Below, in pieces: positions 24,319 through 32,000 of a DNA stretch of 32,000 bases. Numbering within the stretch: the first letter of the stretch is position 1; the number at the start of each line of letters is the position of its first letter. Location: contig JAPZAR010000021.1 in the NCBI GenBank assembly GCA_027460535.1, positions 1-32,000 of the forward strand. The letters are read 5' to 3'. A program made the position numbers and the translations under genes. The notes below the pieces were generated by a model. That model was not told where the DNA came from. It saw nothing but the letters and a program-made list of their open reading frames with translations, and did not search any database. Source of the DNA: Candidatus Methanoperedens sp. GTDB taxonomy: Archaea; Halobacteriota; Methanosarcinia; Methanosarcinales; Methanoperedenaceae.

Positions 24319-25173
24319 ATGCATGCAGATATTGCAATAATTGGGGGCAGCGGCGTTTATGATACCTCTATGCTCGATAATGTGAAGGTTGTTGGGCTTG
24401 ATACTCCTTATGGTAAACCATCTGATTCCATCACAATAGGCTCCTTTGGGGAAATTAATGTCGCCTTTCTCCCCAGGCATGGCAAAGGGCACATGATTTC
24501 CCCGAGCAAACTGAATTCACGTGCGAACATACTCGCCCTGAAAAAACTCGGAGTGAAGAGGATAATCTCAGCATCAGCGGTCGGAAGCCTGAAGCTTGAA
24601 CATAAACCCCTTGACATCGTGATACCGGACCAGATTTTCGACAGGACAAGGATCCGTGAGAGTACGTTCTTTGAGGACGGCATCGTTGTCCATATAGGTT
24701 TTGCTGACCCGTTCTGTCCTGAGATGTCATCTTTACTTGGCGACATAACTGAGCAACTGGGATACAGTGTTCATAGGAAGGGAACTTACGTTTGTATGGA
24801 AGGACCGCAGTTTTCCACGCGCGCTGAATCAAGAGTCTACCAGCAACTGGGATTTGACATCATCGGCATGACAGCGCTTCCTGAGGCTAAACTTGCGCGT
24901 GAGGCAGAGATATGTTACAGCATGCTTGCGACAGTTACTGATTATGACGTCTGGCACGAAGAGGATGTCACGATTGAAACGGTGATAGCCAATGTTGTGA
25001 AAAACGAGGAAGCTGTTCGCAATATCATCAAAGAGGCTATCCCGAGGATTTCCCTCGAGAGAAACTGCATCTGCGCTAATGCGTTATCCGGCGCGATATT
25101 AACTGCCTCTAATAAGATACCTGTCGGGACCAAAAAGAAGCTCTCGGACCTGATAGGGAAATATATAAAGTAG
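24319..25173 (+). CDS. mtnP: S-methyl-5'-thioadenosine (or methylthioinosine) phosphorylase
   Basis: IAIIGGSGVY, FLPRHG.GH, GMT.LPEAKLAREAE and TDYD. ATG 24319 with an upstream ggag is preferred over the track 24283, which overlaps the PRT gene. Confidence 0.9.
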   Translation: MHADIAIIGGSGVYDTSMLDNVKVVGLDTPYGKPSDSITIGSFGEINVAFLPRHGKGHMISPSKLNSRANILALKKLGVKRIISASAVGSLKLEHKPLDIVIPDQIFDRTRIRESTFFEDGIVVHIGFADPFCPEMSSLLGDITEQLGYSVHRKGTYVCMEGPQFSTRAESRVYQQLGFDIIGMTALPEAKLAREAEICYSMLATVTDYDVWHEEDVTIETVIANVVKNEEAVRNIIKEAIPRISLERNCICANALSGAILTASNKIPVGTKKKLSDLIGKYIK

Positions 25174-25230
25174 CATTTCTATAATGTAACGGGTTCCATG
25201 AACCTTTAATCATGATGCTCCAATAGTCGG

Positions 25231-25752
25231 GTGGATGAAAGACTGATGGTAGAAAATAATGTGATAAAAAACGGCTTTTTCACTGATGAGAGGGACGTCA
25301 CAGCTATTGAAATGGGACGGGATGATGTAATCGTTTCCTGTACGCAGGGTAAGATCATGATATGGTTTGGCAGGCAGGCGACGGAACAGGTTATCAGGCA
25401 GGTAATTTTTGGCATATCCAATGCAGATTCTTCAGTAAATCACGAGCAAGAGGTAATATGTTCCTTCAGTGCGATCGCGGATTATGAAAACATTGGCTAT
25501 GTACTGACATCGTACGCGAAAACCAGGAATGGTTACAGGGCGATATTCAATATCCCATTTTCAAAGAAATTTGCACTTGTGCATTTCGTTAAATCCATCG
25601 AGGACCAGCTTAAGCAGAAGGATGTCCGGAAAACCTTCCACTGGGATGGAAGCAAGGGCAGGATATTGCAGATTTACAATGAGTTGAAAAAGTTGGAGGG
25701 ATGGGAAATAAAACGAATTGATTATAAAGTTGAAGGGGAAAAAGGAGTCTAA
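25231..25752 (+). CDS. hypothetical protein (about 170 aa)
   Basis: The ORF abuts the PHI gene start with no intergenic gap (TAA 25750-25752, ATG 25753). The start is ambiguous (GTG 25231 or ATG 25246). No motif recognised. Confidence 0.6.
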   Translation: MDERLMVENNVIKNGFFTDERDVTAIEMGRDDVIVSCTQGKIMIWFGRQATEQVIRQVIFGISNADSSVNHEQEVICSFSAIADYENIGYVLTSYAKTRNGYRAIFNIPFSKKFALVHFVKSIEDQLKQKDVRKTFHWDGSKGRILQIYNELKKLEGWEIKRIDYKVEGEKGV

Positions 25753-26358
25753 ATGAGACGAAAGAAGGAATGTGAAACAACCATTGAATCGATGAATTTT
25801 ATCGCAGAACATATTGAGAAATTTGCTTCGAAACTGGATAAGAGTTCTGTGACATCTCTCGTGAATGGCATAACGGGAGCGCGGAAAATATTCCTTATGG
25901 GCGCGGGAAGATCGGGGCTCGCCGCCCGGGCTTTCGCAATGAGATTGATGCATATGGGCTTTGATGTTTATGTTGTAGGTGAGACCACGACCCCGGCCGT
26001 ACAGCCAGAAGACCTTGTGATCGCTGTATCAGGTTCAGGAGAGACCCCATCCATAGCAAGTCTTGGCGCGATCGCCAAAAAGATCGGCTCAAAGCTGGCT
26101 ACCATAACTTCCAATAAGGATTCTACGCTGGGTAAGATCTCGGATATTGTTGTTGTCGTGCCGGGAAGACCCAAGGAAGACATTGATTACGAGGATTATC
26201 ATGAACGCAGGATGATAGGCTATACACAATTGGCACCCCTTGGAACTATTTTTGAGATAACCGCACTTGTTTTTCTTGATGCTGTTGTTTCGGAGTTGAT
26301 GGTAAAGACAGGCGCCAGCGAGGAAGATCTGAAATTGCGGCATACCAGATTTGAGTGA
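25753..26358 (+). CDS. hxlB: 6-phospho-3-hexuloisomerase (SIS domain)
   Basis: IFLMGAGRSGLAARAFAMRLMHMGFDVYVVGETTTP and VSGSGET are typical of PHI/SIS. Confidence 0.85.
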   Translation: MRRKKECETTIESMNFIAEHIEKFASKLDKSSVTSLVNGITGARKIFLMGAGRSGLAARAFAMRLMHMGFDVYVVGETTTPAVQPEDLVIAVSGSGETPSIASLGAIAKKIGSKLATITSNKDSTLGKISDIVVVVPGRPKEDIDYEDYHERRMIGYTQLAPLGTIFEITALVFLDAVVSELMVKTGASEEDLKLRHTRFE

Positions 26359-27464
26359 TGTTCATGTTTTCTGAAAGGGTGAAGAGCATTGACATCTCAG
26401 GAATCCGCAAGATGTTCGAAGGTGCGGGACCGAACGCCATCAATCTTGGCCTCGGACAGCCCGACTTCGATACACCGGAGCATATTAAAAAGGCGGCCAT
26501 AGAGGCTATCAATGCGGGTTTCACGGGATATACGGCAAATCTCGGGATCCCGGAATTGCGCGTTGCCCTGTGCAGGAAGTTTGAATCGGAAAATCATTTT
26601 ACAATAACCCCGGATGAAGTAATCGTTACCTCGGGGGCATCCGAAGGTCTTCATCTCGCTCTTCAGGCACTTGTAGACCGCGGTGATGAGGTCCTGGTCC
26701 CGGATCCCGGTTTTTTGTCTTACCTTGCCCTTACGAAGCTTGCAGGAGGCAAGGTCGTGGGAGTCCCTCTTGGGAAAGAACTCACAATTAAGCCCGGCAC
26801 CTTAAATGAACTCATTACTTCAAAAACACGTGCACTTATATTGAATTCGCCTTCTAATCCCACCGGGAGTGTCCAGACAAGACAGGAGATCAAGGCACTG
26901 GTGGAGATTGCAGAAGATAATGATATAATAATTATCTCGGATGAAGTTTATGAGCATTTTATTTATGAAGGGGAGCACGTAAGCCCGGCGCAGTTCTCGG
27001 ATAATGTCATCACTATCAATGCGGTTTCAAAGACTTATGCCATGACAGGCTGGCGCATAGGATACGTAGCAGCCCGGAAGGAATATACCGAACAGATGCT
27101 CAAGGTGCACCAGTACATCCAGGCCTGCGCAAACTCAATCGCGCAAAAGGCGGCGCTGGCCGCGATCGAAGGTCCGCAGGATTGCGTGGCACAGATGCGG
27201 GAAAGTTTCAGGGTAAGAAGGGATATCCTTCTTAATGGATTCTGTGAGATGGGTATAAAGTGTGTGAAGCCGCAGGGGGCATTCTATGCGTTCCCCGAAG
27301 TCGAGGATGAAGATGCGCCGCAGAAGTTGCTGAAAGAAGGAGTTATTGTTGTCCCAGGTTCAGCTTTTGGAGAGAATGGGAAAGGGCATATAAGGATCTC
27401 ATATGCGACTTCTGAAGGGAATTTGAGGAGGGCGATTGGGGTGATGGAGAGGGTGCTTAGGTGA
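26358..27464 (+). CDS. class I/II PLP-dependent aminotransferase (aspartate aminotransferase-like)
   Basis: LGLGQPDFDTP, NSPSNPTG and the PLP-Lys motif AVSKTYAMTGWRIGY. The start overlaps the PHI stop (TGATG). Confidence 0.88.
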   Translation: MFMFSERVKSIDISGIRKMFEGAGPNAINLGLGQPDFDTPEHIKKAAIEAINAGFTGYTANLGIPELRVALCRKFESENHFTITPDEVIVTSGASEGLHLALQALVDRGDEVLVPDPGFLSYLALTKLAGGKVVGVPLGKELTIKPGTLNELITSKTRALILNSPSNPTGSVQTRQEIKALVEIAEDNDIIIISDEVYEHFIYEGEHVSPAQFSDNVITINAVSKTYAMTGWRIGYVAARKEYTEQMLKVHQYIQACANSIAQKAALAAIEGPQDCVAQMRESFRVRRDILLNGFCEMGIKCVKPQGAFYAFPEVEDEDAPQKLLKEGVIVVPGSAFGENGKGHIRISYATSEGNLRRAIGVMERVLR

Positions 27465-27585
27465 ATATGCCTGCTATGTCATGGTTAAATAACGGGATAA
27501 TCCTTAAATCGTCATATTCAGGCCTCGTTCTTAAGTACGGCTAATAGTTAATTGTAGTTACGTTTATCTTTCAAGAGAAACAGTA

Positions 27586-28083
27586 TCATATTAAACAAAA
27601 ATAAATAACCCCAGGGATTTCAGCTTCAAAATTGAAGTTAATATAGCTTATTTCTCTTACTGATGTAGAAATTCTCTGTAGTTGAATTTGCCAATTTTCG
27701 TTATCATGGGTAATCGGGAAAACAACAAATAAAATAGCTTTATTGGCATAATCCATAGATTTTAATTTTTCAATATCATTCACTACCCCTTGTATATTAT
27801 CTGTTATTGGGCGGGTTTTATTTTTAACATTTTTATATCGGATATTCGTATTAACTGTTTTGAGTTCAATAGCCCAATTCTCGAAAGTAATATCAACCCT
27901 ATCTTTCTCTGGAATGATATCTTTAAAATATTTCAATAAGCTATTGCATAATTCTACTTTCAGCCAACCTTCAAATTTGGCTCTCTCTTTTGCAAAAATA
28001 GATAATCCTAGGCTGCATTCAATTTTGGGTTTTATTTCATCAAAGATTACTTTAGTTAGTTTATTAAACTCCATAATTTCCAA
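27586..28083 (-). CDS. hypothetical protein with PD-(D/E)XK nuclease-like motif
   Basis: 165 aa in an AT-rich context (15/60 G+C in the 60 nt I counted). It shows E...D-x9-E-x-K spacing: FEGWLKVEL ... RVDITFENWAIELKTV, followed by a beta-strand-like AILFVVFP. Confidence 0.5.
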   Translation of the reverse strand: MEIMEFNKLTKVIFDEIKPKIECSLGLSIFAKERAKFEGWLKVELCNSLLKYFKDIIPEKDRVDITFENWAIELKTVNTNIRYKNVKNKTRPITDNIQGVVNDIEKLKSMDYANKAILFVVFPITHDNENWQIQLQRISTSVREISYINFNFEAEIPGVIYFCLI

Positions 28084-28461
28084 CTATATGAACTAATTTT
28101 TAATTTAATCTTTTCAATAGTCTAACGCATTATACAAATAATAAGGTTGCCATTCCGCTGCCTTTTGAAGCTCCATAATACCCAATGTTCTGGAGAGGCA
28201 TCTGCTATTACTTTGTCATTATGGGTCGTTTTTCAAATCATATCTATATTACTTCTCTAGCAAGCATTAATATACTGGCAATTCAAATATATTTTACCTT
28301 TAAAAAAAGTATAGACGAAAATTAGGTTTCGCATATAACGCCAAAATTTAAATGCGAACCGAGTTCGTATATGGACAAGTTATACGCAATCGTGAACAAA
28401 AGGCTTAATAGCGAGTAATATGTCACATAGAAAAAAAACCAATTTCCTATGAGGTGAAATA

Positions 28462-28752
28462 ATGGGAAAAGAATCCAAAATGGACAATGAAGCCGCTTCA
28501 AGAATTCAATCGCATTCAGATAAGACAGGCGAAAATCAAGATTTTAAGGCAAGGGCACAGTCATCAGCCTCAAAGAATGATCAAAACAAAATAAAAGATG
28601 GACAAGAGAAGCAATACACAAGATGTCCTGACTGTGGTTCTGAAAAAGCGTATTACATACCCGTAGAAGATGGGGATGGAGGATACGGAATAGCCCTTGA
28701 ATGTCCAGATTGCCATGGAAATGGAATTGATATGTATGATGATGACGATTGA
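28462..28752 (+). CDS. small protein: SMP-like AxRIQS...ARAQS motif plus CPDC...CPDC Zn ribbon plus acidic tail
   Basis: AASRIQSHSDKTGENQDFKARAQSSA, then CPDCGS-x24-CPDCHG, ending in DDDD. gaggtga lies 6 nt upstream of the ATG. Confidence 0.55.
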   Translation: MGKESKMDNEAASRIQSHSDKTGENQDFKARAQSSASKNDQNKIKDGQEKQYTRCPDCGSEKAYYIPVEDGDGGYGIALECPDCHGNGIDMYDDDD

Positions 28753-28861
28753 AAATCCGCGTTCTGCGGCGCTGCGATTGCAGGTTCAAGGCTATCAGGC
28801 GGCTGAGTATAACTTCAAGGTTGCGGGCAATCTCGGTTAACCTTAAAAAGTCACTTGAAAA

Positions 28862-29677
28862 TCAGATCTTGAGAACCCTATTTTCAATAACCCCAACTAT
28901 CTCCTTAATATCCCTTATCACCACATCTGCCTCCTCGCAAAGCAGAGGCGGGCATTTACCTGTCTGCTGTATCGAAAGCACCCCCAGATCCGCTGCGCGC
29001 AATGCAAGGATGTCATTGATCCCATCCCCCACCATTATCACTTTATCGTATTGTTCTTTCAATCTCTTCACGATCGCTTCTTTTTTCTTTGGTGTGGAAA
29101 TCTCATGAACGCATTCAAGCGGTATACATACATTCTTAGCAAGAGGCTTCAGGTTTCGCATGCTGTCGCCGGATGCGATAAATACCCCGATACCCCGTTC
29201 GGTGAGAGCCTGAATCACAGAACAGGAATTGGAATAAATTTTCCCCCCGGTGCAAATGACATACGGGATGCTTTTTGTTTCAGTGTCGATGACCAATCCC
29301 ACACCCATGTAGAAAATATTCTTGCACTTCCGTTTGACAGACGCCATTACATCCTGCAAGTCTTTCATAGCAGACAGGGTGTCATTTTCAACCACTGATA
29401 TAGCAGTGGCCTTATCCACATTTGCCCTCGAACATCCGACCTCTATATCGATTCTGTATTTCCTGATAAAATCTGAAATCAGCATGTCAGGCGGGCAGTT
29501 GACCAGTTTATTTGAATCCACCTGCATTACGATAAGAGCGCAGTATGGCCTTTTCCCGACAAGGTCGGTAGTTACGACATCATTGAGGTACTCTCCGGTT
29601 TTTATATTCTTCGCAACGCGGTACATGCGAAGCAGAGTTCCTGCGCTGTCAAACACCACGGCGATTTTCATACTCAT
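28862..29677 (-). CDS. HAD-superfamily hydrolase, soluble P-type-ATPase-like
   Basis: N-terminal DSAGT (the DxxxT phosphorylation-type motif) and the C-terminal MVGDGINDILALRAADLGV motif of P-type ATPases. No TM segments. Confidence 0.75.
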   Translation of the reverse strand: MSMKIAVVFDSAGTLLRMYRVAKNIKTGEYLNDVVTTDLVGKRPYCALIVMQVDSNKLVNCPPDMLISDFIRKYRIDIEVGCSRANVDKATAISVVENDTLSAMKDLQDVMASVKRKCKNIFYMGVGLVIDTETKSIPYVICTGGKIYSNSCSVIQALTERGIGVFIASGDSMRNLKPLAKNVCIPLECVHEISTPKKKEAIVKRLKEQYDKVIMVGDGINDILALRAADLGVLSIQQTGKCPPLLCEEADVVIRDIKEIVGVIENRVLKI

Positions 29678-29916
29678 AGAAGGTTCCTAAGAATAATTAT
29701 GTTTTCCTAAAAAAGGAGGGTACCCGCATTGATGCATTGTGGATAGGATAGGATTTGATAGGTAGAAATATGATTCACTACCACGCAGATACCCTCTGAT
29801 ATCCTAATGATTATTATTAGTATTTAAATTTTATCATATGTTGGACTGTTGAGTTTATCTTAAGAAACCACACAAAAGTTATTTGAGAAAACAGTTCATC
29901 TGTAATATGTGAAAAA

Positions 29917-30534
29917 ATGGCAGAAAAAATAAGACTTTTTGGTATTTCGGGAAGTCCAAGGAATGCAGCAACTGATTACATAATCCGTGAAGCTTTGCGC
30001 CATGCTTCAGAGAAATATCAGGCAGAGACCGAATATTTCTCGGCTCAAGGGAAAGAATTGAACTTCTGCATCCACTGCGATTACTGTATCCGGGAGAAAA
30101 AAGGCTGCATCCACAATGACGACATGGTGGAGGTCTATGAAAAACTGAGATGGGCTGATGCTCTGATAATAGGCACACCGGTTTATCAGGGGACGTTGAG
30201 CGGCCAGACAAAGGTCATAATGGACAGGTGCAGGGCAATAGCTGCGCAGGATCTGCATTTTATCCAGAACAAGCCAGGTGCGGCACTGGCTGTCGGGGGA
30301 GACCGTATAGGAGGCCAGGAACCATCGATCCAGGCAATACTCAACTTTTATGTTATAAATGAGGCCATCCCTGTGGGAGGAGGCTCGTTCGGTGCAAACT
30401 TGGGTGGAGCCTTCTGGTCAAGAGACCTCGGTGCAGAGGGGGCAAGGGATGATGAGGAAGGTTTAAAAAGCATGCGCAAGACTGTTAATAGATTGATGAA
30501 CCTGGCTTCAATGCTGAGAGAAAATAGATTATGA
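29917..30534 (+). CDS. isf: iron-sulfur flavoprotein (NADPH-dependent FMN reductase fold)
   Basis: GISGSPR FMN-binding start, a compact Cys motif CIHCDYCIREKKGC, and PVYQGTLSGQTKVIMDR. Confidence 0.8.
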   Translation: MAEKIRLFGISGSPRNAATDYIIREALRHASEKYQAETEYFSAQGKELNFCIHCDYCIREKKGCIHNDDMVEVYEKLRWADALIIGTPVYQGTLSGQTKVIMDRCRAIAAQDLHFIQNKPGAALAVGGDRIGGQEPSIQAILNFYVINEAIPVGGGSFGANLGGAFWSRDLGAEGARDDEEGLKSMRKTVNRLMNLASMLRENRL

Positions 30535-30553
30535 GATAAGAAAAGGTAAAGAT

Positions 30554-31111
30554 ATGACTTTGAAGATCGCATGGGGAATCACGGGCTGCGGGGACTATCT
30601 CAAAGAGAGTATCGAGATAATGGAAGAGCTTACTAAAGAACACAGCCTCGAAGTAAAGGTATTTCTCTCGCAGGCTGGCGAGATGGTGGTGAAATGGTAC
30701 AAGTTGTACAATGACCTGAAAACCAGTTTCCCCAAAACCTACACTGAAAAATCGCCAAATGTTCCGTTCCTCGCAGGGGATCTGCAGCTCCATAAATACG
30801 ATTTTATGCTGATCATGCCCTCCACATCCAACACTGTCGGGAAAATCGCGGCCGGGATATCCGACACGCTGCTATCCAGTTCAGCAGCGCAGGCCATGAA
30901 AGCGAAAGTGCCTGTCTACATTTTCCCTGCCGACCAGAAAAGCGGTGAGATCACCACGGATCTGCCAGGCGGCAAGAAGCTGACTCTGACAATGAGAGAT
31001 GTTGACCTCGATGCTGTTGATAAGCTTCGAAAAATGCCGGGTATCACTGTGCTGGGACACCCGGATGAGATAAGGGATATCATAAAAAGGCATATCGAAA
31101 GCAAAAAATAA
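30554..31111 (+). CDS. afpA: archaeoflavoprotein AfpA-like (PF02441 flavoprotein family)
   Basis: KIAWGITGCGDYL and IMPSTSNTVGKIAAGISDTLL. Confidence 0.75.
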   Translation: MTLKIAWGITGCGDYLKESIEIMEELTKEHSLEVKVFLSQAGEMVVKWYKLYNDLKTSFPKTYTEKSPNVPFLAGDLQLHKYDFMLIMPSTSNTVGKIAAGISDTLLSSSAAQAMKAKVPVYIFPADQKSGEITTDLPGGKKLTLTMRDVDLDAVDKLRKMPGITVLGHPDEIRDIIKRHIESKK

Positions 31112-31112
31112 A

Positions 31113-31643
31113 TTAGCGCTTCTCGTATTCGAAATAACTGCAGGCATTATCGGTGCATCTGATTATTTTGCCTTTTACAGTATTTTTTATTATTTCAAGC
31201 TCGATAGCGCTTGGTTCCGCTATTCCCGGGACTGTGGCGCTGCCTGGCGAAATGAGAAGAACATCGGTTTTTTCAACAATGGGGTGGTGGAAATGCCCGA
31301 ATATCAGAACGTCAACGTTCATCTCTTTTGCAAGGTACCGGAGCCCGTCAGTACTCTCGGAGGTCAGCTGCCCTTTGTGTATGATGCCGACTCTTACACC
31401 TTCCACTTTTATGACCCTGCGCTCCGGGAGGAAATCCACGAGAAGGGGACTGTCCATGTCTCCATGGACCGCTATAAGTTTCCCCAGACCGCGAAGTTCG
31501 TTGTAGCATTCAAGGGTTTCAAAATCCCCTGCATGGATGATGATGCTTGAGCACCTGATGATAGAGATCAGTTCCCCGGGAAGCTGTGAGAGCAGGGACT
31601 GTCCGGGCTTGATATGCGTATCCGACAGGATGGAGATTTTCAT
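31113..31643 (-). CDS. YfcE/MJ0936-family metallophosphoesterase
   Basis: MKISILSDTH, HAGD, VHGDMD and GHFHHP. ATG 31643 is preferred over the track 31694. Confidence 0.85.
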   Translation of the reverse strand: MKISILSDTHIKPGQSLLSQLPGELISIIRCSSIIIHAGDFETLECYNELRGLGKLIAVHGDMDSPLLVDFLPERRVIKVEGVRVGIIHKGQLTSESTDGLRYLAKEMNVDVLIFGHFHHPIVEKTDVLLISPGSATVPGIAEPSAIELEIIKNTVKGKIIRCTDNACSYFEYEKR

Positions 31644-31659
31644 ATTATCATTGGATTGG

Positions 31660-32000
31660 TTATTTTGCAGCAGTTGGAAGCAAACATTTTGCATTCAACC
31701 ACTCGTCGATCACATCTTCCAGCTTAATATCCACTTCCTCGATCATGTACCTGACCCTCACGACAGGCTTATTGAGCTTCAAAAGCCTGCCAAGATCAAT
31801 AGGAGTTCCCGCTATCACAACATCGCAGTCCGCGGCATTAATCGTCGTTTCCAGCTCTTTCATCTGGGTTGGGCTATAACCCATAGCGGGAAGCACAGCG
31901 CCAAGATGTGCGAAATCCTCATAGACCTTATGTATCGAGCCAACGGCATTCCTTCGCGGGTCGATCACTTCCTTAGCTGCGTATTTCTTTGCAGCTATTA
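31660..32000 (-). CDS. 3' part of a gene continuing beyond the window (COG2403-type GTPase / cyclic 2,3-diphosphoglycerate synthetase-like?)
   Basis: The frame stays open to the window edge (...IAAKKYAAKEVIDPRRNAVGS...). The C-terminal pattern MKELETTINAADCDVVIAGTPIDLGRLLKLNKPVVRVRY recalls that family, from memory only. Confidence 0.4.
   Translation of the reverse strand, partial: IAAKKYAAKEVIDPRRNAVGSIHKVYEDFAHLGAVLPAMGYSPTQMKELETTINAADCDVVIAGTPIDLGRLLKLNKPVVRVRYMIEEVDIKLEDVIDEWLNAKCLLPTAAK

Noticed and set aside
28749-29690. Plus-strand ORFs 28749-29108, 29051-29398 and 29322-29690
   Set aside because: They are antisense to the HAD / P-type-ATPase-like gene, which carries the DSAGT and GDGINDxxAL motifs.
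1-32000. Looked for CRISPR arrays, rRNA, canonical tRNAs, perfect tandem repeats, IS elements with terminal inverted repeats, and in-frame TAG/TGA recoding
   Set aside because: None found by eye. The only repeat families seen are the 430-bp direct repeat and the two CACAGAG palindromic elements. A computational scan (tRNAscan-SE, Infernal/Rfam, a tandem-repeat finder) would be needed to be sure.

Overview
This looks like an archaeal chromosomal segment of methanogen or ANME (Methanosarcinales-like) type. That is inferred from gene content only: purP, archaeal-type tpiA, Nob1, ribose-1,5-bisphosphate isomerase, 6-phospho-3-hexuloisomerase, iron-sulfur flavoprotein, AfpA and a GfcR/PyrE-like regulator. 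Most of the window is ordinary housekeeping DNA with tightly packed operons, several with 1-4 nt start/stop overlaps. No rRNA gene, canonical tRNA gene, CRISPR array, integrase or intact transposase was seen. Four things stand out. (1) An AT-rich accessory islet at about 7.5-11.4 kb lies between an ABC-transporter operon and a beta-helix membrane protein gene. It carries toxin-antitoxin-type modules in different states of decay: a hicA stub fused in frame to hicB, a frameshifted HTH gene, and an intact relBE-like pair. Part of it (about 2.5 kb) is bracketed by an approximately 430-bp diverged direct repeat that duplicates the 3' end of the beta-helix gene as a frameshifted fragment. (2) A second AT-rich islet at about 27.5-28.5 kb holds an orphan PD-(D/E)XK-like gene. 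(3) Two copies of a roughly 55-65 nt palindromic CACAGAG/CTCTGTG intergenic element are present. (4) An operon encodes a small Cys-rich protein, an LsrF-type class I aldolase and a Zn alcohol dehydrogenase, convergent with a second FbaB-type class I aldolase. The same window also contains an operon of phosphoribosyltransferase, MTA phosphorylase, an unknown protein, a SIS isomerase and an aminotransferase. I found no clear multi-gene system of obviously new type. The functional hypotheses below are inferences from motif-level reading without database searches.
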